DNA from: Opitutia bacterium
Lineage (GTDB): Bacteria > Verrucomicrobiota > Verrucomicrobiia > Opitutales > T3Sed10-336
NCBI GenBank assembly: GCA_050506795.1
Contig: JBJHCF010000035.1
Span: forward strand, 1-55,519
Direction of reading: 5' to 3'
Length of the DNA stretch: 55,519 nucleotides
Part shown: positions 20,479 through 30,968 of the stretch, in pieces
Layout of the letters: each line of letters begins with the position of its first letter
How positions within the stretch are numbered: the stretch's first letter is position 1
Notes under the pieces: model-generated
Told to the model about the DNA's origin: nothing
The model's database searches: none
What the model saw: the letters and a program-made list of their open reading frames with translations, nothing else
Translations under genes and position numbers: made by a program

Positions 20479-21774
20479 ATGCATCATTTCAAGTATCGGG
20501 ATGGCAAGCTTTTCTGCGAGGATGTGGCGCTTGAGGAGATCGCGTCACGCCACGGCACGCCCTGCTATGTCTACAGCGCCGGCACCATGCGCGACAACTT
20601 CCGGCGACTGGAGGAAAGCCTGTCCGGATTGAACGTCCGTATCTGTTACGCCATGAAGGCGAATTCGAACCTCGCCGTCCTGCGGGTCTTCTCGGGTATG
20701 GGCGCGGCCTTCGACCTGGTCAGCGGCGGCGAGATCCGCCGGGTATTGGCGGCGGGCGGCAGCATAGGGGACAGCGTCTTTGCCGGGGTGGGCAAGTCGG
20801 TGGAGGAGATTGAACTCGCGCTGCGCAACGGCATTTTCAGCTTCCACGTCGAAAGCGAGGCCGAACTGGAACGAATCGACGAGGTGGCCGGGCGCTTGGG
20901 AATTCGGGCGCCGGTGGCGGCCCGGATCAACCCCGATGTCGATGCCGGCACCCACGCCAAGATCACCACGGGTAAAAGCGACAACAAATTCGGAGTGGCC
21001 TACGACAGCGCGGAAGCGTTCTATCGACGGGCGGCTGAATTGGAGAATCTCGAAATTCGCGGCGTGCAGATCCACATCGGCTCCCAGATCACCAAACTCG
21101 ATCCGTTCGTTGCCGCGGTGAGCAAGATGCTGCCTTTGGTCCGGCGGCTCAAGGAGGTCTATGGCATCCGTTACTTCAGTGTCGGCGGCGGAATCGGCAT
21201 CGTTTACGACCAGGCGTTGGCCAGCGGTGAGGCGGCCTGGTGGCAGGACAAAAACGGAGGTGCCGAGCTGCTCACCCCGGAAAGGTATGGAGAGGCATTG
21301 ACTCCTATTCTACGTGACCTCGACCTGGAAATCCTTTTGGAACCGGGGCGTTTTCTGGTCGGAAACGCTGGAGTGCTTCTGACCACGGTTGAGCACGTCA
21401 AACAAAACCCCGACCGGAGGTTCGTCATTGTGGACGCCGCCATGAACGACTTGCTGCGGCCGGCCATGTACGAGGCTTTTCACGAAATCGTTCCCCTCGC
21501 GGAGAGCGACGGGGGGGCTGAAGCCGACGTGGTCGGGCCGATCTGCGAATCCGGCGATTGTTTTGCCAAAGGACGGCGTCTCCCCGAGGTCGGTGAAGGA
21601 GATCGGCTGGCCCTCCTGAGCGCCGGCGCTTATGGGTTTGTCATGGCCGGACGCTACAACACGCGGCCCATGCCGGCGGAAGTGCTGGTCGATGGTGGGC
21701 GTTCGGCCGAGGTCACCTCGCGCGAGACCTTCGAGCAGATTATCGCCAACGAAACCGTTCCGGATTTCCTGTGA
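20479..21774 (+). CDS. lysA: Diaminopimelate decarboxylase
   Basis: GTPCYVYS, YAMKANSN, RINPDVDAGTH.KI.TG...KFG, HIGSQ, EPGRF, GPICESGD, YNTRP. Confidence 0.97.
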   Translation: MHHFKYRDGKLFCEDVALEEIASRHGTPCYVYSAGTMRDNFRRLEESLSGLNVRICYAMKANSNLAVLRVFSGMGAAFDLVSGGEIRRVLAAGGSIGDSVFAGVGKSVEEIELALRNGIFSFHVESEAELERIDEVAGRLGIRAPVAARINPDVDAGTHAKITTGKSDNKFGVAYDSAEAFYRRAAELENLEIRGVQIHIGSQITKLDPFVAAVSKMLPLVRRLKEVYGIRYFSVGGGIGIVYDQALASGEAAWWQDKNGGAELLTPERYGEALTPILRDLDLEILLEPGRFLVGNAGVLLTTVEHVKQNPDRRFVIVDAAMNDLLRPAMYEAFHEIVPLAESDGGAEADVVGPICESGDCFAKGRRLPEVGEGDRLALLSAGAYGFVMAGRYNTRPMPAEVLVDGGRSAEVTSRETFEQIIANETVPDFL

Positions 21775-22553
21775 AAACGACCGTACGCACCATTCGCTCC
21801 CTCAAGGGACAAAGACCGGTGGTCGCGGTCACCGCCTATGACTTTACTTCCGCCCATTATGCTTCGCGGGCCGGGGTTGATGTCATTCTGGTGGGTGATT
21901 CCCTGGGCAACACGGTGCTCGGATTCGAGTCCACCGTGCCCGTGACCCTGGAGATGATGCTGCACCACACCCGGGCGGTGACCCGTGCGGCGCCGGACGC
22001 CCTGGTGGTGACTGATATTCCGTTCGGGGTGGCCCACCGCGACTTCGATCATCTCCTGCAGGCCAGCGCGCGCTGTCTTCAGGAAGGAGGCGCTCAGGCG
22101 GTCAAAATCGAAGGCGGCGAGCAAATGGCGGACCGGATCGCTCGGTTGGTCGATGCCGGGGTTCCGATTCTGGGGCATGTCGGTCTCCTGCCGCAACAGG
22201 TGCTCCGCCTGGGCGGTTACCGCAAGTTCGGTAAGACCCCGGACGAAAGGCAGCAACTTTTGGCAGACGTGCGGGCCGTGGAAGAGGCCGGGGCGTTTGC
22301 CATCGTGGCGGAAATGGTCGAATCGGATTGCACGCGCGAACTGGCGGCCGCGGTGACGGTTCCGGTCATTGGAATCGGCGCCGGCTCCCACTGTGACGGG
22401 CAAATTCTGGTATCGCACGATCTGCTGGGCCTGACCGCCGGGAAAACCCCGTCATTCGTCAAACGCTACGGGGAACTGGGTGCGGCCATGGAGGAAGCTT
22501 TTGCCCGATATGCCGCGGAGGTGCGGGAAAAACGATTTCCGGAGGAGTCATGA
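21771..22553 (+). CDS. panB: 3-methyl-2-oxobutanoate hydroxymethyltransferase
   Basis: TAYD, ILVGDSLG, AVKIEGG, GHVGLLPQ, IGIGAG..CDGQILV. Confidence 0.97.
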   Translation: MKTTVRTIRSLKGQRPVVAVTAYDFTSAHYASRAGVDVILVGDSLGNTVLGFESTVPVTLEMMLHHTRAVTRAAPDALVVTDIPFGVAHRDFDHLLQASARCLQEGGAQAVKIEGGEQMADRIARLVDAGVPILGHVGLLPQQVLRLGGYRKFGKTPDERQQLLADVRAVEEAGAFAIVAEMVESDCTRELAAAVTVPVIGIGAGSHCDGQILVSHDLLGLTAGKTPSFVKRYGELGAAMEEAFARYAAEVREKRFPEES

Positions 22554-23554
22554 ACTTTTGTATTGTCGGAGCCGGAGCCTGGGGAACCGCCATGGCGCTG
22601 CACCTGAATCGCCTGGGCCACGTGGTGACTTTAGTCCCGCGCCGGTTCGAGCACGCGCTGGAATTGTCTTCGGCTCGGGAAAACGCGGACTATCTTCCCG
22701 GCCAGGAGCTCCCTTTGAGCCTCCAGATCGGGCACGAACTCAAACCATCGCTGATGGAGGCCGAGGTCGTTCTTCTGGCCTGCCCGTCCCACGGAATGCG
22801 CGCCACATGCGAGGCCATCAAGGAAAACCTCGGGGCCGCCCGGTCAATCGAGCTTTTTGTCAGCCTGGCCAAGGGGCTGGAGGAAGAAACACATCTTTCG
22901 CCGGTGAGCGTGGCATCGCAGATTCTTCCGGACTACCATCACGCGGTGCTGACGGGCCCAACCGCGGCCGGTGAGGTGGCGGAGGGCAAACCGACCGCCA
23001 TGGTCCTGGCGGCGTCGGCGGACTACCGCGGGCTGTCGGAGGCGCAGGGGGCGGTCAGTGGAGATCGTCTGCGGGTTTACCGGAGCACCGACGTGACCGG
23101 TGCGGAGCTGGGCGGGTGCCTCAAAAATATCTATGCCATCGCCGCGGGCTGTTCCGACGGATTGGGCCTGGGTGACAACGCCAAGGCGGCCTTGCTGACC
23201 CGGGCGTTGGCCGAGATGGTCCGACTCGGGGTGGCGCTGGGAGCAAAGGCTGAAACCTTTTTCGGGCTCAGCGGTTTCGGTGACCTGGTGGCGACCAGCC
23301 ACGGCTCCTGGAGTCGCAACCGCAGCTTCGGACAACAAATCGGCGAAGGAGAAACCGCGGTTTCGCTGCTCGAAGGCCGCAAGAGCGTGGTGGAAGGCTA
23401 CCGAACGACGGCGGCCTTTTATCAGCTTTGCGAGCAACGCCGTCTCGACGCGCCCATCCTGCGCGAGGTCCACCGTATTCTCTACGGTCGCAAAGACCCC
23501 GCCGAGGCACTGGAAGACCTGATGAGCCGGGAATTGCGGGAAGAGGGGGTTTAG
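22550..23554 (+). CDS. gpsA: NAD(P)H-dependent glycerol-3-phosphate dehydrogenase
   Basis: GAGAWGTA, KGLE, ELGGCLKNIYAIAAG, GDNAKAALLTR, GDLVAT..SRNR. Confidence 0.96.
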   Translation: MNFCIVGAGAWGTAMALHLNRLGHVVTLVPRRFEHALELSSARENADYLPGQELPLSLQIGHELKPSLMEAEVVLLACPSHGMRATCEAIKENLGAARSIELFVSLAKGLEEETHLSPVSVASQILPDYHHAVLTGPTAAGEVAEGKPTAMVLAASADYRGLSEAQGAVSGDRLRVYRSTDVTGAELGGCLKNIYAIAAGCSDGLGLGDNAKAALLTRALAEMVRLGVALGAKAETFFGLSGFGDLVATSHGSWSRNRSFGQQIGEGETAVSLLEGRKSVVEGYRTTAAFYQLCEQRRLDAPILREVHRILYGRKDPAEALEDLMSRELREEGV

Positions 23555-23725
23555 TCCCTTGATTCTGAAATCTTGCGCCAATCGTGCAAGGTTTTCTGGA
23601 GGGCAACGCTCCGCCGTTGCCGCCGAATTGGCAAGACCAGGAAGGGGAGTGATTCCCGGTCCCGCAAACGAAAAGCGCGATCCGTCTGGGACGGACCGCG
23701 CTTCAATGTTGAGGAGGATGGGAGA

Positions 23726-24490
23726 TTATTTACGCCGGCGCCACAACGCGAACGCCAGGAACAATCCACCAAGGATCGCGGCGTAGGTCGATGGCTCGGG
23801 AACCTGGACGAGTTGGATGGCGCTCACACCGCCGTCGCTGGATACGATTCTCAGATCGATCGCGTCACCAGCGGGTGAGATTCCCGGAAAGAAACTGTAG
23901 TTCGCCCCTTCCGTCATATCGTTGTAGGTCGCGGTATCGCGGTTGGGGTTCAATGTTTGCTGGAGGATCGATCCACTGCCCGCCGTGATCGAATAGTCGA
24001 CCGAGTTCTCATTCCAGCCCCAGGTGAAATAGACGTACAAATTATAGATCGCATTTGGATCGAGGTTCCGGAACTGCATGGTGGAGTCGATGTTGCCCAC
24101 GCCGTAGTACCCGTGAAAGAGGGCGCTTCCGGCGGCGAAGGTGTTGGTTCCGTGGTGCACGTTCAACGGATTGCCTGCCAGGGGGCCGTCTTCGACCCAG
24201 GAAAGACCGATCGAATTGCCGCCGTTTGCGTCCTGCATGCTCAGCGGAGTTTCCGGGACATAGGGATCGCGCTGCGGTGCGATGATATTGTTCCACTGGT
24301 TGCCTCCGAACGATCCGGCCTGCAGCACGAGTCCGTCATCAACCGTAATTGGGGTCGCGTTGTTTTCGTGGCCCGCGAAATTGATGTTCCAGAGGTTTAG
24401 CGTCTGGGCCGAGGCTGCGATAGCTCCGAGACACAGAGTGGCAAGAGTCAGGCCGGCGATTTTTTTGAGGCGGGATTGTTTCGTGTTCAT
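23726..24490 (-). CDS. PEP-CTERM sorting domain surface protein
   Basis: Start ATG 24490; signal peptide ending ASA; C-terminus VPEPSTYAAILGGLFLAFALWRRRK. Confidence 0.93.
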   Translation of the reverse strand: MNTKQSRLKKIAGLTLATLCLGAIAASAQTLNLWNINFAGHENNATPITVDDGLVLQAGSFGGNQWNNIIAPQRDPYVPETPLSMQDANGGNSIGLSWVEDGPLAGNPLNVHHGTNTFAAGSALFHGYYGVGNIDSTMQFRNLDPNAIYNLYVYFTWGWNENSVDYSITAGSGSILQQTLNPNRDTATYNDMTEGANYSFFPGISPAGDAIDLRIVSSDGGVSAIQLVQVPEPSTYAAILGGLFLAFALWRRRK

Positions 24491-24820
24491 TTGTCTGTTT
24501 TCGGGTTCTATTTGGGCGTTTAGATTGGAAAGGGAAAGCACCGGCTATCCGGTGAGATGGAGAAAATGCACAATACAATGGCATTCTCCGTGGCGTCTTC
24601 GGTCATGGACGAAAGGATATAATTCCCTTCCTGTTAGGGAGTTGGTCCGGATTGGTTGATTTTGCAACGACCCAGTCTGTTGACAGTAAGAATATTGGGT
24701 TTGGGCAAGTTTGCCGCGCAACGTTTAATCCCAGGAGGCTATCGGGCTGACAGGCCGCCAGAAATGGACCCATCGGTTTTGTACTTGGTGCAACGAGAAT
24801 TAGGAGGATACGATGGATGG

Positions 24821-25588
24821 GTGGATTTATATTTCAGAAGATTTGGAAGCGGGGGTGGTCGGCGACCGCTGGTGATTCTCCATGGATTGCTGGGTTCGTC
24901 GCGAAACTGGACGACGGTTGGCTCGCATTTGACGGGTGACCGCCGGGTGTTCGCGTTGGATTTGCGCAATCACGGGGCGTCCCCCCATGCGCCCACCCAC
25001 ACCTATTCGGAAATGGTGGGAGATGTGATCGAATGGATGGATGGCCGTGGGCTGGACCGCGTTGATTTGTTGGGCCACAGCATGGGCGGTAAGGCGGCCA
25101 TGCGCCTGGCGATGGATTATCCGGACCGGGTGGGCGCACTGGTCATCGTCGACATTGCTCCCCGCGACAACCCGCCGTATAACCAACGCGCCTTCGGCGC
25201 TTTGAATGCCCTCCCGCTCGGCGAAATCGGTTCGCGCGGGGAGGCGGAGACGTTTCTGTACGAGCGGTTGCGGAATCGTTTTTTCTGTCAGTTTCTGCTT
25301 ACCAACTTGGTGCGTGGCGACAAGGGATTCTCCTGGCAAGTTAATTTGCCGGTGTTGACCGAAAGCCTGCCCCATCTGGCCGCATCACCCCTGGAACCAG
25401 GTGAGGTTCACGCCGGGCCGGCGCTTTTCATCCGCGGCGGCCGTTCCGATTTTGTCCGGGATGAGGATGAGCCCGTTATTCGGCGGCATTTTCCGGATGT
25501 CCGCATTGAATCGATCGAGGACAGCGGTCACAACCCCCACATTGAACAGCGGGAAGAGTTTGTCAGGCGGGTCGCCGGCTTCCTGTAG
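24821..25588 (+). CDS. Alpha/beta hydrolase (YbfF/ABHD11-like esterase)
   Basis: GTG 24821 downstream of AGGAGG; LHGLLGSSRNW, DLRNHG.SP, GHSMGGK, VDIAP, GHNPH. Confidence 0.88.
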   Translation: MDLYFRRFGSGGGRRPLVILHGLLGSSRNWTTVGSHLTGDRRVFALDLRNHGASPHAPTHTYSEMVGDVIEWMDGRGLDRVDLLGHSMGGKAAMRLAMDYPDRVGALVIVDIAPRDNPPYNQRAFGALNALPLGEIGSRGEAETFLYERLRNRFFCQFLLTNLVRGDKGFSWQVNLPVLTESLPHLAASPLEPGEVHAGPALFIRGGRSDFVRDEDEPVIRRHFPDVRIESIEDSGHNPHIEQREEFVRRVAGFL

Positions 25589-25804
25589 GGCGCTGCTCCA
25601 ACGCCACCATAATAAAGCGTGGCTCCCTGGAGGGCGGTTCTCCCGCGCTGCCGAACGGGTTTGATCCAGATGGGGCTCCGCGTTAATTTGCCAGGCAATA
25701 TAACGTTGACACTGGAGGGGCGGTGCTCCCGCGCCGCCGCTAATTATCCTGCCAGGCAAAATAAAATTGACGAACCAGGCGGGCGGTCGGAGCGGCCCGC
25801 GCCT
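25585..25804. repeat. Cluster of REP-like GC-rich repeats with a duplicated spacer
   Basis: CTGGAGGGCGGTTCTCCCGCGCTGCCG (25627) and CTGGAGGGGCGGTGCTCCCGCGCCGCCG (25712); spacers with TGCCAGGCAA.ATAA..TTGAC at 25684 and 25741; a related inverted unit at ~25782-25805. Confidence 0.6.
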
Positions 25805-26214
25805 CAAGCATGGGTGGTCCGTTCGGGGAAATGGCGTACGTAGAAGGGGAGTGACGCCTGGTGCCGGCCGTCGATTGAAAGGTCGATCTGGTACTCGCCG
25901 TATTTCTCCAGGCGCATGCCCTGGACGTTCAGAATGAGGTTGACGGCGTTCGACTCGACATCGGGCCCGATGCGTACGTTGATCTTTCCGTTCATGGGCG
26001 GCATGATGTCTTTTCCGTCCATGTCGATCACGTTGATGGTCATGGCGTGTTCTCCCTCTTCGGAACGGTCGAAGCGGATGCGGCAGGCGATGGCGCAGGC
26101 GGAGTGAACCACCGGAGCCTGGCGGGCGAAAATATTGTCGAAAGCCCCGAGGACGTTGAGTTTACCCTGTTGGTTGGTGGCGGCGTCACAGAGGAGGAAG
26201 GCTTCGGTTTTCAT
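25804..26214 (-). CDS. Hypothetical protein (DUF6941-like beta-sandwich)
   Basis: Start ATG 26214; FLLCDAA...GKLNVLGAFD.I, GEY.IDLSIDG. Confidence 0.7.
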   Translation of the reverse strand: MKTEAFLLCDAATNQQGKLNVLGAFDNIFARQAPVVHSACAIACRIRFDRSEEGEHAMTINVIDMDGKDIMPPMNGKINVRIGPDVESNAVNLILNVQGMRLEKYGEYQIDLSIDGRHQASLPFYVRHFPERTTHA

Positions 26215-26388
26215 GAGTCTGGTTTGGCTATGGTATTCAATCGAGTTGAAGGTCCACCGTAGCCGAGTTCCGCTACCGGGCACAATCTTTATCCGGAACG
26301 GCTCGAGTCGATCGCCCGGCGGCTACGAACCGGGAAAGTGGGATTTTACTGACATTTCCCGCCCGGTCGCCAGGATGGCGAGTTTCTT

Positions 26389-27192
26389 ATGAGCGGTTGG
26401 ACGGACAGTCACACACATTTGGAAACCTTCGCCCGGAAAGACGAGCTGGAGGAAGTCCTGGACCGCGCTGGGCAGGCCGGTGTCGAGCGGTTGGTGACCA
26501 TTGGGACTTCGCCGAAGGACTGGTCGTTGTACCGTTCTTTGGCGGAAAGGTATCCCGCACGGATTACCTTTACGGCCGGACTGCACCCGTGCGACGTCGA
26601 TGCGGATTGGGAGGCGTCACTCGAGGAATTGCAGCAATTTCTGCGCGGTGGCGCCCGCCCGGTGGCCGTCGGTGAAACCGGCCTGGACCGGTTCCACCTG
26701 CCGAAGGAACCCGAGCGGGCGGCCGAGTTGTTCGGCCAACAAAGGGCGGCCTTTGAGGCCCAGATCGCGATCGCTTCCGCGGAGGCGCTTCCCCTGGTGG
26801 TGCATTCCCGCGGCGCTTTCCACGAGTGCCTGGAGGTGATCGATTCGTCGGGGTTCGACTGGTCGAGGGTGGTCTTTCACTGTTTTTCCGAAGGGGTTGA
26901 TGAGGTCCGCGCCCTGAACCGGCGGGGCGGCTGGGCGTCCTTTACCGGAATTGTGACCTACCGAAGCGCGCAAAACGTCCGCGAGGCGCTGCGCGACCAG
27001 GGCGCGGCGCGCTTGATGGTGGAGACCGATGCGCCCTATCTCGCTCCGGTGCCGCACCGCGGCAAGCGAAACGAACCCGCCTACCTCGTAAACACCGGCA
27101 TGGAAGCAGCCCGGGTGCTGGGGATGGATCCCGCAGAATTGGCCGAGGTTACCACGGCCAACGCGGTGACGTTCTTCGGTCTGGAGCTCTGA
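26389..27192 (+). CDS. tatD: TatD family nuclease
   Basis: DSHTHL, GLHP, VGETGLD, VVHSR, FHCFS, VETDAPYLAPVPHRGKRNEP. Confidence 0.95.
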   Translation: MSGWTDSHTHLETFARKDELEEVLDRAGQAGVERLVTIGTSPKDWSLYRSLAERYPARITFTAGLHPCDVDADWEASLEELQQFLRGGARPVAVGETGLDRFHLPKEPERAAELFGQQRAAFEAQIAIASAEALPLVVHSRGAFHECLEVIDSSGFDWSRVVFHCFSEGVDEVRALNRRGGWASFTGIVTYRSAQNVREALRDQGAARLMVETDAPYLAPVPHRGKRNEPAYLVNTGMEAARVLGMDPAELAEVTTANAVTFFGLEL

Positions 27193-27233
27193 CAGAGGCG
27201 AATGCCGGGCGCACGGCGAGCCGGGTTTGGGGA

Positions 27234-27536
27234 TTAGCTTTCCTCGAACTTTCTCTCGAATAACTCCTCCAGGGCGCGACAGGCGTCCTCGGCGTCGTCT
27301 CCGTTGGCCATCACCTTTAATCTGGAGCCCTGACCCGCGGCAAGCATCATCAGGCCCATGATGCTTTTGCCGTCGACAACCTCATCGTCCTTCTCAAACG
27401 AAATCTCCGATTTGAACTTGTTGGCCACCCGGACAATCATGGCGGCCGGACGCGCGTGCAGACCCATCTTGTTTTTCACTTCAAGGGTCGTCTCGTGTCC
27501 GTCGTCGGTGGTCTTGGTGTTGCCCGATTCCATCAA
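27234..27536 (-). CDS. ptsH: HPr phosphocarrier protein
   Basis: NKMGLHARPAA and GKSIMGLMMLAA motifs. Confidence 0.94.
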   Translation of the reverse strand: MMESGNTKTTDDGHETTLEVKNKMGLHARPAAMIVRVANKFKSEISFEKDDEVVDGKSIMGLMMLAAGQGSRLKVMANGDDAEDACRALEELFERKFEES

Positions 27537-27734
27537 ATGTCAGTTTTCGTTCCTCGAGAAACAGGTTCTCAGGTTAATTCCAGCTGGTATAAAGGTTATT
27601 CAGAATGGCAATGGTGGCCCAAATTTTTTCGAAAAGCAAGAATTTCGGAATCTGACTTCAAGGAACAGGGCCAGGCCCGGTGGTTGGTTGCGCGCTGGCA
27701 TTTCCTTCGGTGGGTCCGCTGATAGGCGCGGGCT

Positions 27735-29498
27735 TCAGGTGGCGTCTTCCGGGATGGCGTCCCTTTGAATTTGCCACATCCGGGCGTAAAGACGACCCGA
27801 GGAGATGAGTTCGCGATGGGTACCCTTTTCCACGATTGTGCCGTGCCGCAGGACCACGATTTGGTCGGCCTGCTGGACGGTGGACAGGCGGTGGGCGATG
27901 ATCAGGACGGTGCGGTCCTTCATCAGACGATTGAGCGCGTTTTGGATCTTGCTTTCAGTCAAGGTGTCGACGCTGGCGGTAGCTTCGTCGAGGACCACCA
28001 TGCCGGGGTTTTTCAAGAGGACGCGGGCGATGGTCAGCCTTTGTTTTTCTCCCTGGCTCAGGCGAACGCCGCGTTCGCCGATCTGGGTATGGACTCCGTC
28101 GGGCAGACGTTCGACGAACTCGGCGGCGCGGGCCGCCTCCAGCGCGGCCCGGATCTCGTCGTCCGATGCCTCCTCCCGTGCCAGCCTAAGATTCTCGTCC
28201 ACGGTGCCTTCGAAAAGAAAGGGTTCCTGCGGCACGTATCCGATATTGGAGCGAAGCTGATGCAGGTCGATGTTTCGAATGTCGATTCCGTTCAGTAGAA
28301 CCTGGCCCCCGGTGACGTCGTAATAGCGGAGCAGGAGGTTCGCCAGGGTGCTCTTGCCGGCGCCGGTATGGCCGACCAAAGCGGTTACCTTTCCGGCCGC
28401 CAGGGTCAGGTCGATACCCTCCACCACCGGCGCCCTGTCCTGGTAGGCGAAGGAAACCTTTTGGAATACGACCTCGATTCGCCCGCCGGGAAAATCGACC
28501 GGATTGGCGACGTTTTCGACCGCGACCGGGTGGTCGAGGATTTCGAAAACGCGATCTCCCGAGGCTTTGCCGGCGCTGACCAGTTGGTTGACCTGGTTGA
28601 GGCGGTTGATGGGCTCGTAGAACATGGCGCAGTAGAGGAAGAACTCCACCAATTGGCCGTGGGTCATGCGGCCTTCCATCAGGAGGTACCCGCCGACGCC
28701 CAGCACGAGAACCGCCCCCATGCTGCCGATGAAGCTGCTGCTGGAGATGTAGGCGGAATAGCGAAACATGGCCTTGAGGGTGCTGTCGCGCAGTTTGCAG
28801 GCGCGTCCGCTGAAACGTTGGCGTTCCCTCCCGTGCAGGGCGAAGGCGTTGATCAGACGGTTTCCCTGGAGGTGCTCCACCAGCAGGCTGTTCAGGCTGC
28901 CGGCGTTTTCCCGGATTGCCTTCCAATTGCGACGAGTGAGCCTCGCGTGGCGGTAGCCAAGAAACATCAGGACCGGCAGCGGCAGCATCACCAGGATCGC
29001 CAGGCCGGGCTGGGAGAGAAAAAGCATCACCGCGACACCGACAATGGTGAGCACGGCGGTCAGGCCCTGTTCGGTGCCATCGAGGATGGCGCGCTCCACA
29101 TTTTGCACATCTTCGATAACCCGGGAGGCGATTTCGCCGCTGGGCCGCTGGTCGTAGTAGGCTATCGGGAGGTCGAGGAGCTTGTTGTGGACATCGTGAC
29201 GTAGGTCCAGGAGCACCTTCTGTTCGAGGGTGTTGTTGATGCGGATACGGGCGAAATTCAGGGTGTCGCGTCCGAGGTAACAAATCACCACCACCAGCAC
29301 GCCCCAGAGGAGGGCGGTCGGCTCGCCTCGGGGAATGATGTCGTCGATTACCACCGAGATTATTTTCGGAATGGCGATCAGGAACAGCGTGCTGCCCACG
29401 GCGAGCAGGAGAGTGAAGGCGAAAAGCTTCCGGTAGCGGAGAATATAGCCGGCGACTCGCCAGACGGTGTTGGATGGTGAAGGTTCCTGGCTTGGCAT
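27735..29498 (-). CDS. ABC exporter, fused permease/ATPase (MsbA/MdlB-like)
   Basis: Six TM segments; Walker A GHTGAGKST; signature LSQGEKQR; Walker B VLDEAT; IAHRLST. Confidence 0.93.
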   Translation of the reverse strand: MPSQEPSPSNTVWRVAGYILRYRKLFAFTLLLAVGSTLFLIAIPKIISVVIDDIIPRGEPTALLWGVLVVVICYLGRDTLNFARIRINNTLEQKVLLDLRHDVHNKLLDLPIAYYDQRPSGEIASRVIEDVQNVERAILDGTEQGLTAVLTIVGVAVMLFLSQPGLAILVMLPLPVLMFLGYRHARLTRRNWKAIRENAGSLNSLLVEHLQGNRLINAFALHGRERQRFSGRACKLRDSTLKAMFRYSAYISSSSFIGSMGAVLVLGVGGYLLMEGRMTHGQLVEFFLYCAMFYEPINRLNQVNQLVSAGKASGDRVFEILDHPVAVENVANPVDFPGGRIEVVFQKVSFAYQDRAPVVEGIDLTLAAGKVTALVGHTGAGKSTLANLLLRYYDVTGGQVLLNGIDIRNIDLHQLRSNIGYVPQEPFLFEGTVDENLRLAREEASDDEIRAALEAARAAEFVERLPDGVHTQIGERGVRLSQGEKQRLTIARVLLKNPGMVVLDEATASVDTLTESKIQNALNRLMKDRTVLIIAHRLSTVQQADQIVVLRHGTIVEKGTHRELISSGRLYARMWQIQRDAIPEDAT

Positions 29499-29593
29499 CT
29501 GTGAGGTTTACGCTTGGGGCTCCGGCCGCCGGGAGCAAGATTTTGATCGTTGCCTAGAACCGGCGCGCTGGTGTACCGATGTTGTTCTTCCTC

Positions 29594-30016
29594 ATGTCTT
29601 CCACCGAATTCCTCCCGTCTCCCTACCTGCCGCACCCTTGCGGGTTGATGCATCTGCCCCGGATGGTGGAAAAGATCCGGCGCCACTGGGCGGGTGAACT
29701 CTCCGCCGATTACGCCCGAACCCTGGGCCGCGGCTTCGACGATCTCCTGTGCGAGCACCTCGGCGTTCCATTTGCCTCGTTTCTTCAGGCTCTGGAGGGT
29801 CAGAAGCTTCCCGCGGAGATCGAAACGGCGGTCCTGGATCTCATTCCCGAGGACCCGCGGGCACACGTTTGGAACCGGAAACTGGTCCAGCGCGGTTTAA
29901 GCGGCTATTCCCGGGAGAGACTGGACATCCGCAAACGCGAAGTGGGTCTGGAGCACCGGGAGGACATCCTCACCATGTGCGATCTCCTGGAAGTGCACGA
30001 GGGACGTCTACCCTGA
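29594..30016 (+). CDS. DUF5069-like protein
   Basis: GLMHLPRMVEKIR..AGEL..DY...GFD..LC.HLGV pattern. Confidence 0.7.
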   Translation: MSSTEFLPSPYLPHPCGLMHLPRMVEKIRRHWAGELSADYARTLGRGFDDLLCEHLGVPFASFLQALEGQKLPAEIETAVLDLIPEDPRAHVWNRKLVQRGLSGYSRERLDIRKREVGLEHREDILTMCDLLEVHEGRLP

Positions 30017-30048
30017 AGGTCAACCCATCGAACGGAGAGAATTCCATT

Positions 30049-30963
30049 ATGTCCGAATACATCCAGGCCAACACGAACGGTCGATTGCACGACGCGGCGG
30101 AACCTTCGCTGTCCCCGCTCGACCGGAGTTTCCTGTACGGCGACTCCATTTACGAGGTCTTCCGTACTTATGACGGAGTGCTCTTCGCCTTTCAGGAGCA
30201 CTGGGATCGCCTGCGCCGGTCGGCCGGAGCGATCGGGCTGGAGATTCCTTTTGACGAAGGGGTGCTCCAGACGGAGATCCGGCGGACGGTATCGGCGTAT
30301 TTCGAGAAGGTGAAGCAGAAGACCGACCTTTATATCCGCCTGCAGATCTCCCGCGGCAGCGGCCCCATCGGGCTGGACACCGGTCTGGCGGAAAACCCGG
30401 TTTTTGTATTGCTGGTACGGCGCCTGCCCGCTCTTCCGGAGGAAAAGGCCGCCAAGGGTCTGCGGCTCGCGGTTTCCCGTACCCTGTACCGGAATTCCCC
30501 GCAGACCCTGAATCCGGCGTGGAAGACGGGCAATTACCTCAACAATATCCTCTGCCTCCGGGAAGCCCGGCTCAAGGGAGCCGACGAGGTCCTGATGCTC
30601 AACCTGGATGGAGCGGTCACGGAGGCTTCCATCTGCAACATCTTTTTTGTGCGGGGAAAGTGTTTGGTGACCCCGCCGGCGGATGCGGGAATTCTTCAGG
30701 GAATCACTCGCAAAATCGTTTTGAGCGAAGCTGGGCTCGCCTGGAAGATCGATATTTCCGAAGAACCCGTTTATGCCGGTCAGTTGGAGGAGTTCGACGA
30801 GTGTTTCCTCACTTCGACTACGCGCGATATCGTTCCGGTATGCCGGATTGAGGATGTGCGTTTCAAGGTCAACAAGCGCACCCTGACCTCCCGTTTGAAG
30901 AAGATGTTTGCCGAGTACGTGCAAAAGCGAAGCGAGCGGGAGAAGGTGATGAAGATTTTTTGA
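30049..30963 (+). CDS. Class IV PLP aminotransferase (branched-chain / D-amino acid / ADC lyase family)
   Basis: Start ATG 30049; DRSFLYGDSIYE, HWDRL..SA, KTGNYL, VTEAS..NIF, ILQGITR. Confidence 0.9.
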   Translation: MSEYIQANTNGRLHDAAEPSLSPLDRSFLYGDSIYEVFRTYDGVLFAFQEHWDRLRRSAGAIGLEIPFDEGVLQTEIRRTVSAYFEKVKQKTDLYIRLQISRGSGPIGLDTGLAENPVFVLLVRRLPALPEEKAAKGLRLAVSRTLYRNSPQTLNPAWKTGNYLNNILCLREARLKGADEVLMLNLDGAVTEASICNIFFVRGKCLVTPPADAGILQGITRKIVLSEAGLAWKIDISEEPVYAGQLEEFDECFLTSTTRDIVPVCRIEDVRFKVNKRTLTSRLKKMFAEYVQKRSEREKVMKIF

Positions 30964-30968
30964 AGGCT

